A stretch of DNA of 49,888 nt from positions 1-49,888 of the forward strand of contig JBJKYD010000015.1 in the NCBI GenBank assembly GCA_045561295.1. The letters are read 5' to 3'. Source of the stretch: Gammaproteobacteria bacterium (lineage in GTDB: Bacteria; Pseudomonadota; Gammaproteobacteria; GCA-002705445; GCA-002716945). The notes beneath the pieces were generated by a model. That model worked only from the letters and a program-made list of their open reading frames with translations. It was not told the origin of the DNA and ran no database searches. Numbering within the stretch: the first letter of the stretch is position 1; every line of letters begins with the position of its first letter. Of the stretch, positions 37,311 to 46,370 are shown in pieces. Both the position numbers and the translations under genes were made by a program.

Positions 37311-37911
37311 ATATTTTACTTATTAACTCTTTATTTATTTCTATATCTTCTTTTGAATTTATATTTAAGAACATTTCATTATCATGATTAAATAATACTT
37401 CATCAAATCCACATGAAGTATACCATTTATCGATCTTTCTCTCCCCTGATTGTAGGAATTCTTGGAGATTATTAGCTAAAGATGAATCTATGTAAGCATA
37501 TACTGGCTGTAATCTATCACCAGTTCTAATTACTTTTATTGAGCTATTTCCAGTATGATTAAGCAGGGTTTCAAAATATGCTTTATTTACAAAAGGCCCG
37601 TCACATGGCAATACTACTAACTTATGGTTTTTACATTTTTTAAGAGCTGTGTATATACCTGAGAGAGGTCCCTGGAAATCATCTAAGATATCTGTATATA
37701 CCTGCTTATGTATTTTTTCATATTCTTTGAGGTTGTTATTTGCTATCACAAATACATCTGATGAGAATTCACTTGCTATACTGATAATCCTTGAAAGCAC
37801 TAATTTGCCATTGAACCTTATTAATCCTTTGTCTTCACCTTCCATTCGTGATGATTTGCCACCAGCTAAGATTGCAACTGATACATCATCCTTTTGTAAT
37901 TTGTGTGACAT
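37303..37911 (-). CDS. mobA: Molybdenum cofactor guanylyltransferase
   Basis: ILAGGKSSRM.GEDKG, FQGPLSGI, PCDGP, FLNIN. Confidence 0.9.
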   Translation of the reverse strand: MSHKLQKDDVSVAILAGGKSSRMEGEDKGLIRFNGKLVLSRIISIASEFSSDVFVIANNNLKEYEKIHKQVYTDILDDFQGPLSGIYTALKKCKNHKLVVLPCDGPFVNKAYFETLLNHTGNSSIKVIRTGDRLQPVYAYIDSSLANNLQEFLQSGERKIDKWYTSCGFDEVLFNHDNEMFLNINSKEDIEINKELISKIYG

Positions 37912-37961
37912 TACAATATTATAGTCAGATAATTAGAAATAAATAACTTATATAAATAGAT

Positions 37962-38927
37962 ATGAAAGTTTTCTTGGCACCTATGGTAGGTAGAACAGAT
38001 AAATATTTTAGGAAATTGGTACGTATAATTTCGCCAAATATTGTCTTATTTACTGAAATGATAACAGTCGATTCTCTTATCAGAGGCAGTTTTAAAAAAT
38101 ATTTAGTTAATGAAACAGAACACCCTTTAGTAATTCAACTTGCAGGCAATGATAGAAATAAATTTGTAGAATGTACTAAGATTGTATCAGAGCAAGGTTT
38201 TGATGAAATTAATTTAAATATTGGATGCCCAAGTTCTAAAGTTGTAAAGGGCGGCTTTGGTGCATGCCAAATTGAAGATCCAATTAAAGTTGCTCAGTAT
38301 GTAGAAGCTATAAAAGCTCTAACAAATATTCCAGTATCAATAAAAACTCGATTAGGTCTAGGTTATGATCATGATTTAAAAAACATTAAAGAATTTATTC
38401 GAATAACAAGTGAATCTGGGTGTGACACATACTATATTCATGCTCGAAATGCTATCTTGAATGGTATATCAACTCGTAAAAATAGAAGCATTCCTCCACT
38501 TAGGTATAATGATGTTTTGAAGCTTAAAGAATTATTTCCTCACATTAATATTTATATCAATGGAGGTATTGAAGACATTAATGAAATTAAAAAGATGTTG
38601 GATACATATAATGGCGTCATGATAGGAAGAAAAATTTATAATAATCCTATGTTTTTGTCAGAAGTAGAGCATATTATTTTTTCAAATAATGTTAGCTTTT
38701 CAATCCAAGATGTTGTTCGCGAATACATAAGTAGATTAGATGCTGAGGAGGCACTTAATAAGCAATATGCGCTTAAACACCTTACTAATTTATATAAAGG
38801 GACAGCACTATCTAAAAAATGGAGAATATATCTTCATAATTTAATTAATTCTGACCAACGTATTGAGAATTTAGGGAACTTTTTTATTGAGAATCATTAT
38901 GAAGAGAAGAAAGTTAACTGCTCGTAA
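37962..38927 (+). CDS. dusA: tRNA dihydrouridine synthase A
   Basis: LAPM, QLAG, DEINLNIGCPS, HARNAIL.G.S..KNR.IPPLRY, NGGI, GVMIGR. Confidence 0.9.
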   Translation: MKVFLAPMVGRTDKYFRKLVRIISPNIVLFTEMITVDSLIRGSFKKYLVNETEHPLVIQLAGNDRNKFVECTKIVSEQGFDEINLNIGCPSSKVVKGGFGACQIEDPIKVAQYVEAIKALTNIPVSIKTRLGLGYDHDLKNIKEFIRITSESGCDTYYIHARNAILNGISTRKNRSIPPLRYNDVLKLKELFPHINIYINGGIEDINEIKKMLDTYNGVMIGRKIYNNPMFLSEVEHIIFSNNVSFSIQDVVREYISRLDAEEALNKQYALKHLTNLYKGTALSKKWRIYLHNLINSDQRIENLGNFFIENHYEEKKVNCS

Positions 38928-39705
38928 TGCAGATATTAACAGACTCTATGAGGAGTCTGTACAATGTACAGAATTTGAAGTAAGTTTCATTAATAAGCTA
39001 TTCAAGAGATATAACAAAACAAAATGTAAGAGCCTTAGAGAGGATTTCTGTGCTTCTGCTTTAATATCCTCTGAGTGGGTTCGCGATAATAAAGATAATA
39101 TTGCCATTGCTGTTGATTTAGATAGAAACATGATTAAGGAGGCAAAGAAAACAGCTTTATCAAGACTTAGTTCAGAACAGCAAAAAAGAATCAAGATTTG
39201 TTACGGAGATTCATCAAAGTTCAATACTGATAAAGTTGACTGTATTTTAGCCACAAATTTCAGCTATTTTGTTTTTAAACAGAGAAAAAAATTAATAGAT
39301 TATTTCAAACATGCATATAAACAACTGAAAAACAGAGGAATATTTATGCTGGATGCATTTGGCGGTTATGAAGCTCATCAGCTTTTGGAGGAAAGAACGA
39401 AACACAAAAATTTTACATACGTATGGGATCAGTCTTCTTTTAATCCTATTACTCATGAGATCAAATGTCATATTCATTTTGAGTTTCCTGATAAGACAGC
39501 ACGTAAAAGAGCATTTACCTATGAGTGGAGATTATGGATGCTACCGGAAATACAAGAATGCCTTAAAGAAGCTGGATTCACCAAAGTAGATGTATATATG
39601 CAAGGTTGGAATGAGAAGAAGAATGAAGAAACAGAAAGGTTTTATAAGGTCACTAAATGTGATGCAGATCCAGCATGGGTAGCGTATCTAGCAGCAAGAA
39701 AATAG
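38899..39705 (+). CDS. Class I SAM-dependent methyltransferase (uncharacterised family)
   Basis: LYEESVQ, LREDFC.SA, AVDLD, NFSY, YVWDQ..F.PI, AF.Y.WRLW.LPE. Confidence 0.75.
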   Translation: MKRRKLTARNADINRLYEESVQCTEFEVSFINKLFKRYNKTKCKSLREDFCASALISSEWVRDNKDNIAIAVDLDRNMIKEAKKTALSRLSSEQQKRIKICYGDSSKFNTDKVDCILATNFSYFVFKQRKKLIDYFKHAYKQLKNRGIFMLDAFGGYEAHQLLEERTKHKNFTYVWDQSSFNPITHEIKCHIHFEFPDKTARKRAFTYEWRLWMLPEIQECLKEAGFTKVDVYMQGWNEKKNEETERFYKVTKCDADPAWVAYLAARK

Positions 39706-39706
39706 A

Positions 39707-39734
39707 TTGATTACTGCTAGTAGAAATTTATAAT
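39707..39734 (+). promoter_or_regulatory. sigma70 promoter of rnpB
   Basis: TTGATT-N16-TATAAT, ending about 6 nt before the RNA 5' end. Confidence 0.7.
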
Positions 39735-39739
39735 ACATC

Positions 39740-40068
39740 TGAGAGTTAGTTATACAGCTACTATGTTTTACATAGAGGAAAGTCCGGGCTCCAGGGATAA
39801 AAGCGCCAGGTAATACCTGGAAAATGTGAGTTTTGGAAAGTGCTGCAGAAAATAACCGCCTTCATTGAAGGTAAGGGTGAAAAGGTGAGGTAAGAGCTCA
39901 CCGCTGATTAGGTAACTAATTAGGCAAAAGTAAACCCCGCTTGGAGCAAGGCAAATTTGTGATTAATCCCAAAATAATCACGTGGTTGCTGCTTATGAGG
40001 TTATTGGTGACAATAACCCTAGATAAATGGCTGTACAAGACAGAACCCGGCTTATCAACTAACTCTCA
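39740..40068 (+). ncRNA. rnpB: RNase P RNA, bacterial type A
   Basis: GAGGAAAGTCCGGGCTCC, GGTAAGGGTGAAA, GGAGCAAGGC, ACAGAACCCGGCTTAT; P1 helix TGAGAGTTAGTT/AACTAACTCTCA. Confidence 0.97.
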
Positions 40069-40185
40069 CATCCTCATATATACAATATAAACTATTGATT
40101 TATATCAGATTAATATATTTCATATTTTTTGAAAAATCATTGATTTAACGCTTCTTGTGCTTGCAAATAATAAAAATAAGGCATA

Positions 40186-40231
40186 TAGTGTTGATAAATG
40201 GAATATTTTGTCAATTAGTGGAGAATAATGG
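40186..40231 (+). promoter_or_regulatory. Putative MraZ operator (repeats phased at 10 bp)
   Basis: TG/TGG recurs every 10 bp (TAGTG, AAATGG, TTTTG, TAGTGG, TAATGG) up to the mraZ start. Confidence 0.5.
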
Positions 40232-40689
40232 ATAATTTATTTAAAGGTATACATAACATCAACCTTGATTCAAAAGGTAGATTAGGTATACCTGTAACCT
40301 ACAGAGACCATATCACAGGACTTTTAAAAGGCTCTATGGTTATTACCATCGATACTGAAGAAAAATGTCTACTACTTTACCCCTCTGGTATATGGGCAAA
40401 AATACAAAGCAAAATCAATGAATTACCATCATTTAATAAGAACGCTCGAAGAATACAAAGATTATTAGTGGGTCATGCTGAAGATATTGATGTTGATTCC
40501 TCCGGCAGAATACTTATTTCTAAACCATTGAGAGAATATGCATCATTAGTTAAAAAAATCATTCTTATAGGTCAGGGTGATAAGTTCGAAATATGGGATC
40601 AAAATTTATGGAATCAAAATGTAGATAAGTGGAGAGACGAGGTGACTTCTAATGATGATGCTGAAGCACTAAGTGATATTAGCATATGA
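40228..40689 (+). CDS. mraZ: Transcriptional regulator MraZ
   Basis: F.G....LDSKGRL.IP..YR, CLLLYP, D.SGRIL...LR.YA, GQG.KFEIW. Confidence 0.95.
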   Translation: MDNLFKGIHNINLDSKGRLGIPVTYRDHITGLLKGSMVITIDTEEKCLLLYPSGIWAKIQSKINELPSFNKNARRIQRLLVGHAEDIDVDSSGRILISKPLREYASLVKKIILIGQGDKFEIWDQNLWNQNVDKWRDEVTSNDDAEALSDISI

Positions 40690-40880
40690 TCAATAATAAC
40701 TATTTCAAAACTCTTGGCGTATCTCCAAATGAAGATTTGGATATTATTAAAAAAGCATTCAAACGCCTAGCATCTAAATATCATCCTGATAAAAACAATG
40801 ACAACATTGATGCTCAAAGAATCTTTATAAAAATTACAACTGCATATGAAAAAATAATGGAGTTTAGAAAAAATGGATAA
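40686..40880 (+). CDS. Stand-alone DnaJ J-domain protein (64 aa)
   Basis: YFKTLGV..IKKAFKRLASKYHPDKN..F..I..AYE; overlaps both neighbouring genes. Confidence 0.8.
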   Translation: MINNNYFKTLGVSPNEDLDIIKKAFKRLASKYHPDKNNDNIDAQRIFIKITTAYEKIMEFRKNG

Positions 40881-41805
40881 TACATCTTTTCATATCCCAG
40901 TACTGAAAGCAGACTCTATTCATCAGCTAATTACAGATGAAAATGGCATTTACATAGATGCAACTCTAGGCTATGGAGGGCATACAAGAGAGATTCTCGA
41001 TTCAACAAGCAAGAAAGCTAGGATATATGGAATAGACAAAGATATTGATGCTATCGAATTTAATTCGAATGAATTATCAGATGAGAAGAGATTTACCCTA
41101 AGACATGGATGTTTTTCTTCTCTTCATGAATACGCGAAGACATGGAACATTTATGGAGCTGTAAATGGGATACTATTTGATTTAGGAGTTTCATCAGTTC
41201 ACTTAGATGATGGCGATAGGGGCTTTAGCTTTACTAAAGACGCTCCATTAGATATGAGATTTAATAGATTGGAAGGTAAAACTGTTTCTGATTACTTGAA
41301 TAAATTACCAGAAAAAGAAATTGAAAGAATACTCCGAGTGTATGGTCAAGAAAAGTTCTCAAAAAGGATTGCTCGAAATATCATTAAGTATAGAGAAAAA
41401 AACAGAATAACAAATACTTTTGAACTTGTTGATATTATTAATAAATCTGTTTTAGTAAATGATAAGCATAAACATAATGCTACAAGATCATTTCAAGCTC
41501 TAAGAATATTCATCAATAAAGAATTGGATGTACTAAAGGATGTTTTAGAGAAATCTTTCGATGTTCTTGCACCAAAAGGAAGGCTTGTATTAATCACTTA
41601 TCATTCTCTAGAAGAGAGAGTGATTAAAGATTTTCTAATATATACAGATCACTACTTATCAGCGCCAAGAAAAATTCCAATAAAACAAGATTTTATGGAC
41701 AAAATGTTTAATTTAATAAAAAAAATTAAGCCATCCGATGAAGAGATTGAAATAAATCCTCGTTCAAGATCGGCCAAAATTAATGTACTTGAGAAACAAT
41801 CATGA
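40873..41805 (+). CDS. rsmH: 16S rRNA m4C1402 methyltransferase
   Basis: HIPVL, IDATLGYGGH, DLGVSS..LD..RGFSF..APLDMR, FQALRI..N.EL, HSLE, NPRSRSA. Confidence 0.95.
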   Translation: MDNTSFHIPVLKADSIHQLITDENGIYIDATLGYGGHTREILDSTSKKARIYGIDKDIDAIEFNSNELSDEKRFTLRHGCFSSLHEYAKTWNIYGAVNGILFDLGVSSVHLDDGDRGFSFTKDAPLDMRFNRLEGKTVSDYLNKLPEKEIERILRVYGQEKFSKRIARNIIKYREKNRITNTFELVDIINKSVLVNDKHKHNATRSFQALRIFINKELDVLKDVLEKSFDVLAPKGRLVLITYHSLEERVIKDFLIYTDHYLSAPRKIPIKQDFMDKMFNLIKKIKPSDEEIEINPRSRSAKINVLEKQS

Positions 41806-42071
41806 ACCTTGGGACAACATTAATATTAATAGTTTTGATTACTGTATCTGCATTTGGCGCTATTTTTGTTAAATATCAAAACAGAACACTTAATATAGAA
41901 GTTTCAAAGAATGAGCGAATATTATTTGAAACATCAGAGAGATATAGAGAGCTTTTAGAGCAAAAGGTAAATCTCACTGATAGTAAACTTCAAAAGAGCG
42001 GTTTAGGTGAAACGCTTGGAATGAGCCTTCCATCTAAAGAAAGAATTTTAATCATGAACTTAAACAATTAG
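41802..42071 (+). CDS. ftsL: Cell division protein FtsL (divergent)
   Basis: TM helix, coiled coil and LGM..P tail; canonical position after rsmH. Confidence 0.7.
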   Translation: MNLGTTLILIVLITVSAFGAIFVKYQNRTLNIEVSKNERILFETSERYRELLEQKVNLTDSKLQKSGLGETLGMSLPSKERILIMNLNN

Positions 42072-42081
42072 GAGGAACACC

Positions 42082-43227
42082 ATGTTTGAAATAGTAAATA
42101 ATTATAATCAGAACGCGGTTATCAAAGTCATTGGTGTTGGAGGTGGTGGCGGTAATGCAATCATATCAATGCTTAAGTCCCAAATTCATGGAGCTGACTT
42201 CATAATTGCAAACACAGATGTTCAGGCATTAAGAGATGTGAGTGGTGCAACTACCGTACAGATTGGTTCTGAAATCACAAAAGGTTTAGGCGCTGGGGCA
42301 GATCCTGAAAAAGGTAAACAAGCAGCATTAGAAGCAAGTGAAATATTAAAAGAGTCTATTGAAGGCGCTGATATGCTTTTTATTGCAGCTGGCATGGGCG
42401 GTGGAACAGGAACTGGTGCAGCACCTGTGATTGCCCAGATTGCTAGAGATCTTGGTATTTTAACGGTTGCTGTAGTAACCAAACCATTTGAATTTGAAGG
42501 TCCAGAGAGAATGTCTAACGCTCAAGAGGGCATTGATAACCTTGAGCAATGGGTGGACTCACTTATAGTGATACCTAATTCGAAATTGAAAGAAGTATAT
42601 GGTGGTGGAGAGTCTATATTCTCGTCATTTGAAAACGCTAATGACGTTCTAAGAGGAGCTGTTAAAGGTATTACAGAGATAATAACTATCAGGGGATTCA
42701 TGAACGTTGATTTTGCTGATGTTAAAACAGTAATGTCTGGGATGGGTAAGGCCATGATGGGATCAGGTGTTTCATCAGGCGAGAATCGTGCCATCGATGC
42801 TGTAACTGCAGCTCTTAGTAGTCCGCTACTAGATAATATTGATCTTCAAGGCGCGAGCGGTGTATTAGTTAATATCACTTCTGGTTCTGATCTAACTACT
42901 GATGAATTCGAGGTTATTGGTAGTAAAATTCGAGAAATAGCAAATGAAGATGCTAAAATTATAACTGGCTGTATTAAAGAAGATGATAACATCGGAGATT
43001 TACGTGTGACTATTATTGCTACTGGTTTTTCACAAGATAATAAAATAGATGTAAATTCTTCTGAAGTTAACCAAAGCACACAAGAAAGCACAACTAATAA
43101 TCCTAGTATTTCATATCCTAGTAATAGTGAAGCAAAAAATGATGCAATAACACAAGTAAATGTTAGTCAGCAGGAAGATCAGACATCTCTCGATATTCCA
43201 GCATTTTTAAGACAACAAGCTGATTAA
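42082..43227 (+). CDS. ftsZ: Cell division protein FtsZ
   Basis: IKVIGVGGGGGNA, GMGGGTGTG, NVDFADV, C-terminal LDIPAFLRQQAD. Confidence 0.97.
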   Translation: MFEIVNNYNQNAVIKVIGVGGGGGNAIISMLKSQIHGADFIIANTDVQALRDVSGATTVQIGSEITKGLGAGADPEKGKQAALEASEILKESIEGADMLFIAAGMGGGTGTGAAPVIAQIARDLGILTVAVVTKPFEFEGPERMSNAQEGIDNLEQWVDSLIVIPNSKLKEVYGGGESIFSSFENANDVLRGAVKGITEIITIRGFMNVDFADVKTVMSGMGKAMMGSGVSSGENRAIDAVTAALSSPLLDNIDLQGASGVLVNITSGSDLTTDEFEVIGSKIREIANEDAKIITGCIKEDDNIGDLRVTIIATGFSQDNKIDVNSSEVNQSTQESTTNNPSISYPSNSEAKNDAITQVNVSQQEDQTSLDIPAFLRQQAD

Positions 43228-43270
43228 TAATCTAAAAAAAAATCAGAACCTGAGGCTGTCATTATTTATA

Positions 43271-44935
43271 GTGGCAGCCTTTCTTGTTTTGATAATAATA
43301 ATTTTTAGACTATATCAGATTCAAGTTAATGCAACGGATTGTTTTTATTTTAATAAAGGATCATGCAAAGAGAATATTCTTGAAGTGGCTGAAAAAAGGC
43401 AAATTCATAGTGTTAAACTGACCGCACAAAGAGGAAGTATCTATGATAGAAACAATAATATTTTAGCTATGTCTTTACCAATAAAAACTCTTTGCATTAA
43501 TCCGAGTAGATTATATAAGAGTAACAATAAATCTATTATGGAATTATCTAAAGATCTTGGTTTATCTGAAAAAAAATTAAAACAAATTATTTATAAAAAT
43601 AAAAATAAAAAAGAATTTTATTTGAAAAGACATGTCTCGAAAGATTTTTATTTAAAAATTAAGAGTTTAAATAATCCTAATCTTTATTTTATTAATGAAA
43701 ATAAAAGAAGTTATCTAGGCGGTAAACCTTTTTCAAATATTTTAGGATTTACAAATATAGATGATAAAGGACAAGAAGGTATTGAATTCATAAGTAATAA
43801 AATTCTATCACCAGAGCATGGATTAAAAAAAGTGAAAAAAGATAATATCGGTCGTCCCATTGAAACAATAGGCATTATAAGAAAACCAGTCCCAGGCCAA
43901 GATGTTTTTCTCACATTGGATAAAAGAATACAAATAATTGCATATGAAACCCTAAGAAAATATATTACAAAATTTAAAGCTGAGAGTGGCTCTATAATTT
44001 TAATTGAATCAAATACAGGCGACATAATGTCAATGACTAACTATCCATCATTTAATCCAGATAGAAGGAGTGAGTTTAGAGGGAAGAAAATTAAAAACCG
44101 GGCTGTCTATGATTTAATTGAACCTGGATCTACTATTAAACCATTGATAATATACTACGGTTTACACAATGAAGTAATTAGTGAATCAACAATAATAAAT
44201 ACCGCACCAGGCGTTATTCTACTTGAAGATAAAGAAATTAAAGATTGGAAATATTTAGGAAAAGTAAGTCCAAGAGATATTATTAAATTATCTAGTAACA
44301 TCGGAGCAGCAAAAGTCTCAAGTAAACTCTCAAAGAAACAGCTTATAGACGGATTAAATGAACTAGGTTTCGGTCAATCACTATTTCTAAATTTACCTGG
44401 ATCAAAAACTGGTTCTTTGCCGCTTTCATCTGAGTTATCAAATTCAGGCCATATGAGTCTCGGTTATGGATATGGTCTCTCAACATCACTAATGCATCTT
44501 GCAAGTGCTTTTACTACACTTGCTAATTATGGCAACAGGGTACAAATAAATTATTTGAAAAATAATAAAGACTTTAAAAAAGATAATATTTTAAATAGGG
44601 ATAACTCAATAAAAGTATTAGATATGATGAGAGATGTAGTACATTCAAACGATGGAACAGGAAGGCAGGCTAAAGTAGAAGGATACACGGTTTATGGCAA
44701 GACAGGTACAGTTAGACAGATTGTAGATGGCAAATATGCAAAAGATAAACATAACGCCTTATTTGTTGGAATACTAGGAGACCCTGAACCTAAATATGTT
44801 GCTGCTGTCATAGTAAGGAACCCAAAAAATAAGGAAGGCTCTGGAGGTCTTCATGCAGCACCTATTTTTGGCGAATTTATGCAACATTCAATGAGAATTT
44901 TAAATGATATAAGTTATGCTAATAACAGACAATAA
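43271..44935 (+). CDS. ftsI: Peptidoglycan D,D-transpeptidase FtsI (PBP3); start may lie slightly upstream
   Basis: RGSIYDRN, EPGSTIKP (SxxK), SSN, GKTGT. Confidence 0.9.
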   Translation: MAAFLVLIIIIFRLYQIQVNATDCFYFNKGSCKENILEVAEKRQIHSVKLTAQRGSIYDRNNNILAMSLPIKTLCINPSRLYKSNNKSIMELSKDLGLSEKKLKQIIYKNKNKKEFYLKRHVSKDFYLKIKSLNNPNLYFINENKRSYLGGKPFSNILGFTNIDDKGQEGIEFISNKILSPEHGLKKVKKDNIGRPIETIGIIRKPVPGQDVFLTLDKRIQIIAYETLRKYITKFKAESGSIILIESNTGDIMSMTNYPSFNPDRRSEFRGKKIKNRAVYDLIEPGSTIKPLIIYYGLHNEVISESTIINTAPGVILLEDKEIKDWKYLGKVSPRDIIKLSSNIGAAKVSSKLSKKQLIDGLNELGFGQSLFLNLPGSKTGSLPLSSELSNSGHMSLGYGYGLSTSLMHLASAFTTLANYGNRVQINYLKNNKDFKKDNILNRDNSIKVLDMMRDVVHSNDGTGRQAKVEGYTVYGKTGTVRQIVDGKYAKDKHNALFVGILGDPEPKYVAAVIVRNPKNKEGSGGLHAAPIFGEFMQHSMRILNDISYANNRQ

Positions 44936-46370
44936 TTTAGTACATTTAGAAAAATTCATTATTAGTAACTCAAAAAGGGCTATTAAATTTAGTGATAGGT
45001 TTTGTATAGATTCTAGAAAAGTTAAATCAGGGCAGATTTTCATATCCATTGATTCTGATGAATCAAAAAATTTTAAAAATATAAAAAATGCAATATCTAA
45101 TGGAGCATCAGGATTTGTTACGCAATTTTTATACAAACGAAGTGACCTAAAGACTTCTATACCTTTTTTAATTCAAAAAAACTTAGATAATCTTTTTCAT
45201 ATGTTGTTTAATGTTGATCTCATAGGATATAAACATAAAGTTAAAACTATAGGTATCACGGGTACAAATGGTAAAACATCTTCTGTTTTATTATTAGCAC
45301 AATCATTAACCTATTTAAAAAAGAAAGTGGGGGTAATAACAAGCGAGGGATGCGGAATCTATCCCGCATTAGTGGATAGTGATTATACAACCCCACCTAT
45401 TGACGTAATCTATAAATATTATAGAAATTTTGTCTCTAAGAAATGTGATTATATTATTATTGAATGTTCATCACAAGGTTTACATCAAGGAAGAGTAAAG
45501 GGCTTAGCATTTGACTATGCGTGCATAACAAATATCCATAGTGATCATCTTGATTATCATAAAACAATCAAAAACTATTCTAATTCGAAACTATCTATAT
45601 TGAAACAAAGTAAAAAAGCTATTTTAAATTATGATTCATCCATACTTATGAAAAACAATTTCAGTAAATATAGAAATCTAGAGTGTTTTTATTTTTCAAA
45701 ATCAAGGTATAAAAATAAGAAAATTATATCAAAACATATGAAAGATAATAAAATATTAATAAATAACCATGTTGTTACTTTTGACGAAGCTAATAAAAAT
45801 CATTTTAATATTTATTCTTTATTGATGATTTGCTCAATATTAAAACTTGAAAATTATGGTATAAAACTAATTAACTCATCCATTACCGCTCTTCGTGAAT
45901 TGTCGGGCAGAAGGCAAGTTATAAGAACCAGAAGTAAAGGTACTTTTATAATTGATTATGCGCATACAGTACAGTCTTTCAGAGACATCTATAAAGAATT
46001 TAAATCATATAATCACATAACTACACTTTTTGGTTGTGGAGGAGATCGCGATCCATCAAAAAGAGCTATTATTGGAAAAATTGTTGATAGTAATTCCTCG
46101 TTTTCAATAATAACTGAAGATAATTCACGTAACGAAAAACTCTCTTCAATAGTTAACAATATAACCTCTGGTTTTAATGATAGAAAAAGGTATATTATTA
46201 TCAAGTCGCGCAAAACAGCAATAAAACATCTATTTACCTATTCATCAAAAAAACATATTAATTTTATACTAGGCAAAGGAAATGAGAGTTATCTCATTAA
46301 GAATAGTTCAAAAGTAAAACATAATGATATCATTTATTTAAATAATCTTATCAATAACTATGAATCTTAG
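44916..46370 (+). CDS. murE: UDP-MurNAc-L-Ala-D-Glu:meso-DAP ligase
   Basis: GITGTNGKTS, TTP, E.SSQGLHQGRV, DHLDYH, DYAHT, FGCGGDRD..KR, DNSR, GKG. Confidence 0.92.
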   Translation: MLITDNNLVHLEKFIISNSKRAIKFSDRFCIDSRKVKSGQIFISIDSDESKNFKNIKNAISNGASGFVTQFLYKRSDLKTSIPFLIQKNLDNLFHMLFNVDLIGYKHKVKTIGITGTNGKTSSVLLLAQSLTYLKKKVGVITSEGCGIYPALVDSDYTTPPIDVIYKYYRNFVSKKCDYIIIECSSQGLHQGRVKGLAFDYACITNIHSDHLDYHKTIKNYSNSKLSILKQSKKAILNYDSSILMKNNFSKYRNLECFYFSKSRYKNKKIISKHMKDNKILINNHVVTFDEANKNHFNIYSLLMICSILKLENYGIKLINSSITALRELSGRRQVIRTRSKGTFIIDYAHTVQSFRDIYKEFKSYNHITTLFGCGGDRDPSKRAIIGKIVDSNSSFSIITEDNSRNEKLSSIVNNITSGFNDRKRYIIIKSRKTAIKHLFTYSSKKHINFILGKGNESYLIKNSSKVKHNDIIYLNNLINNYES

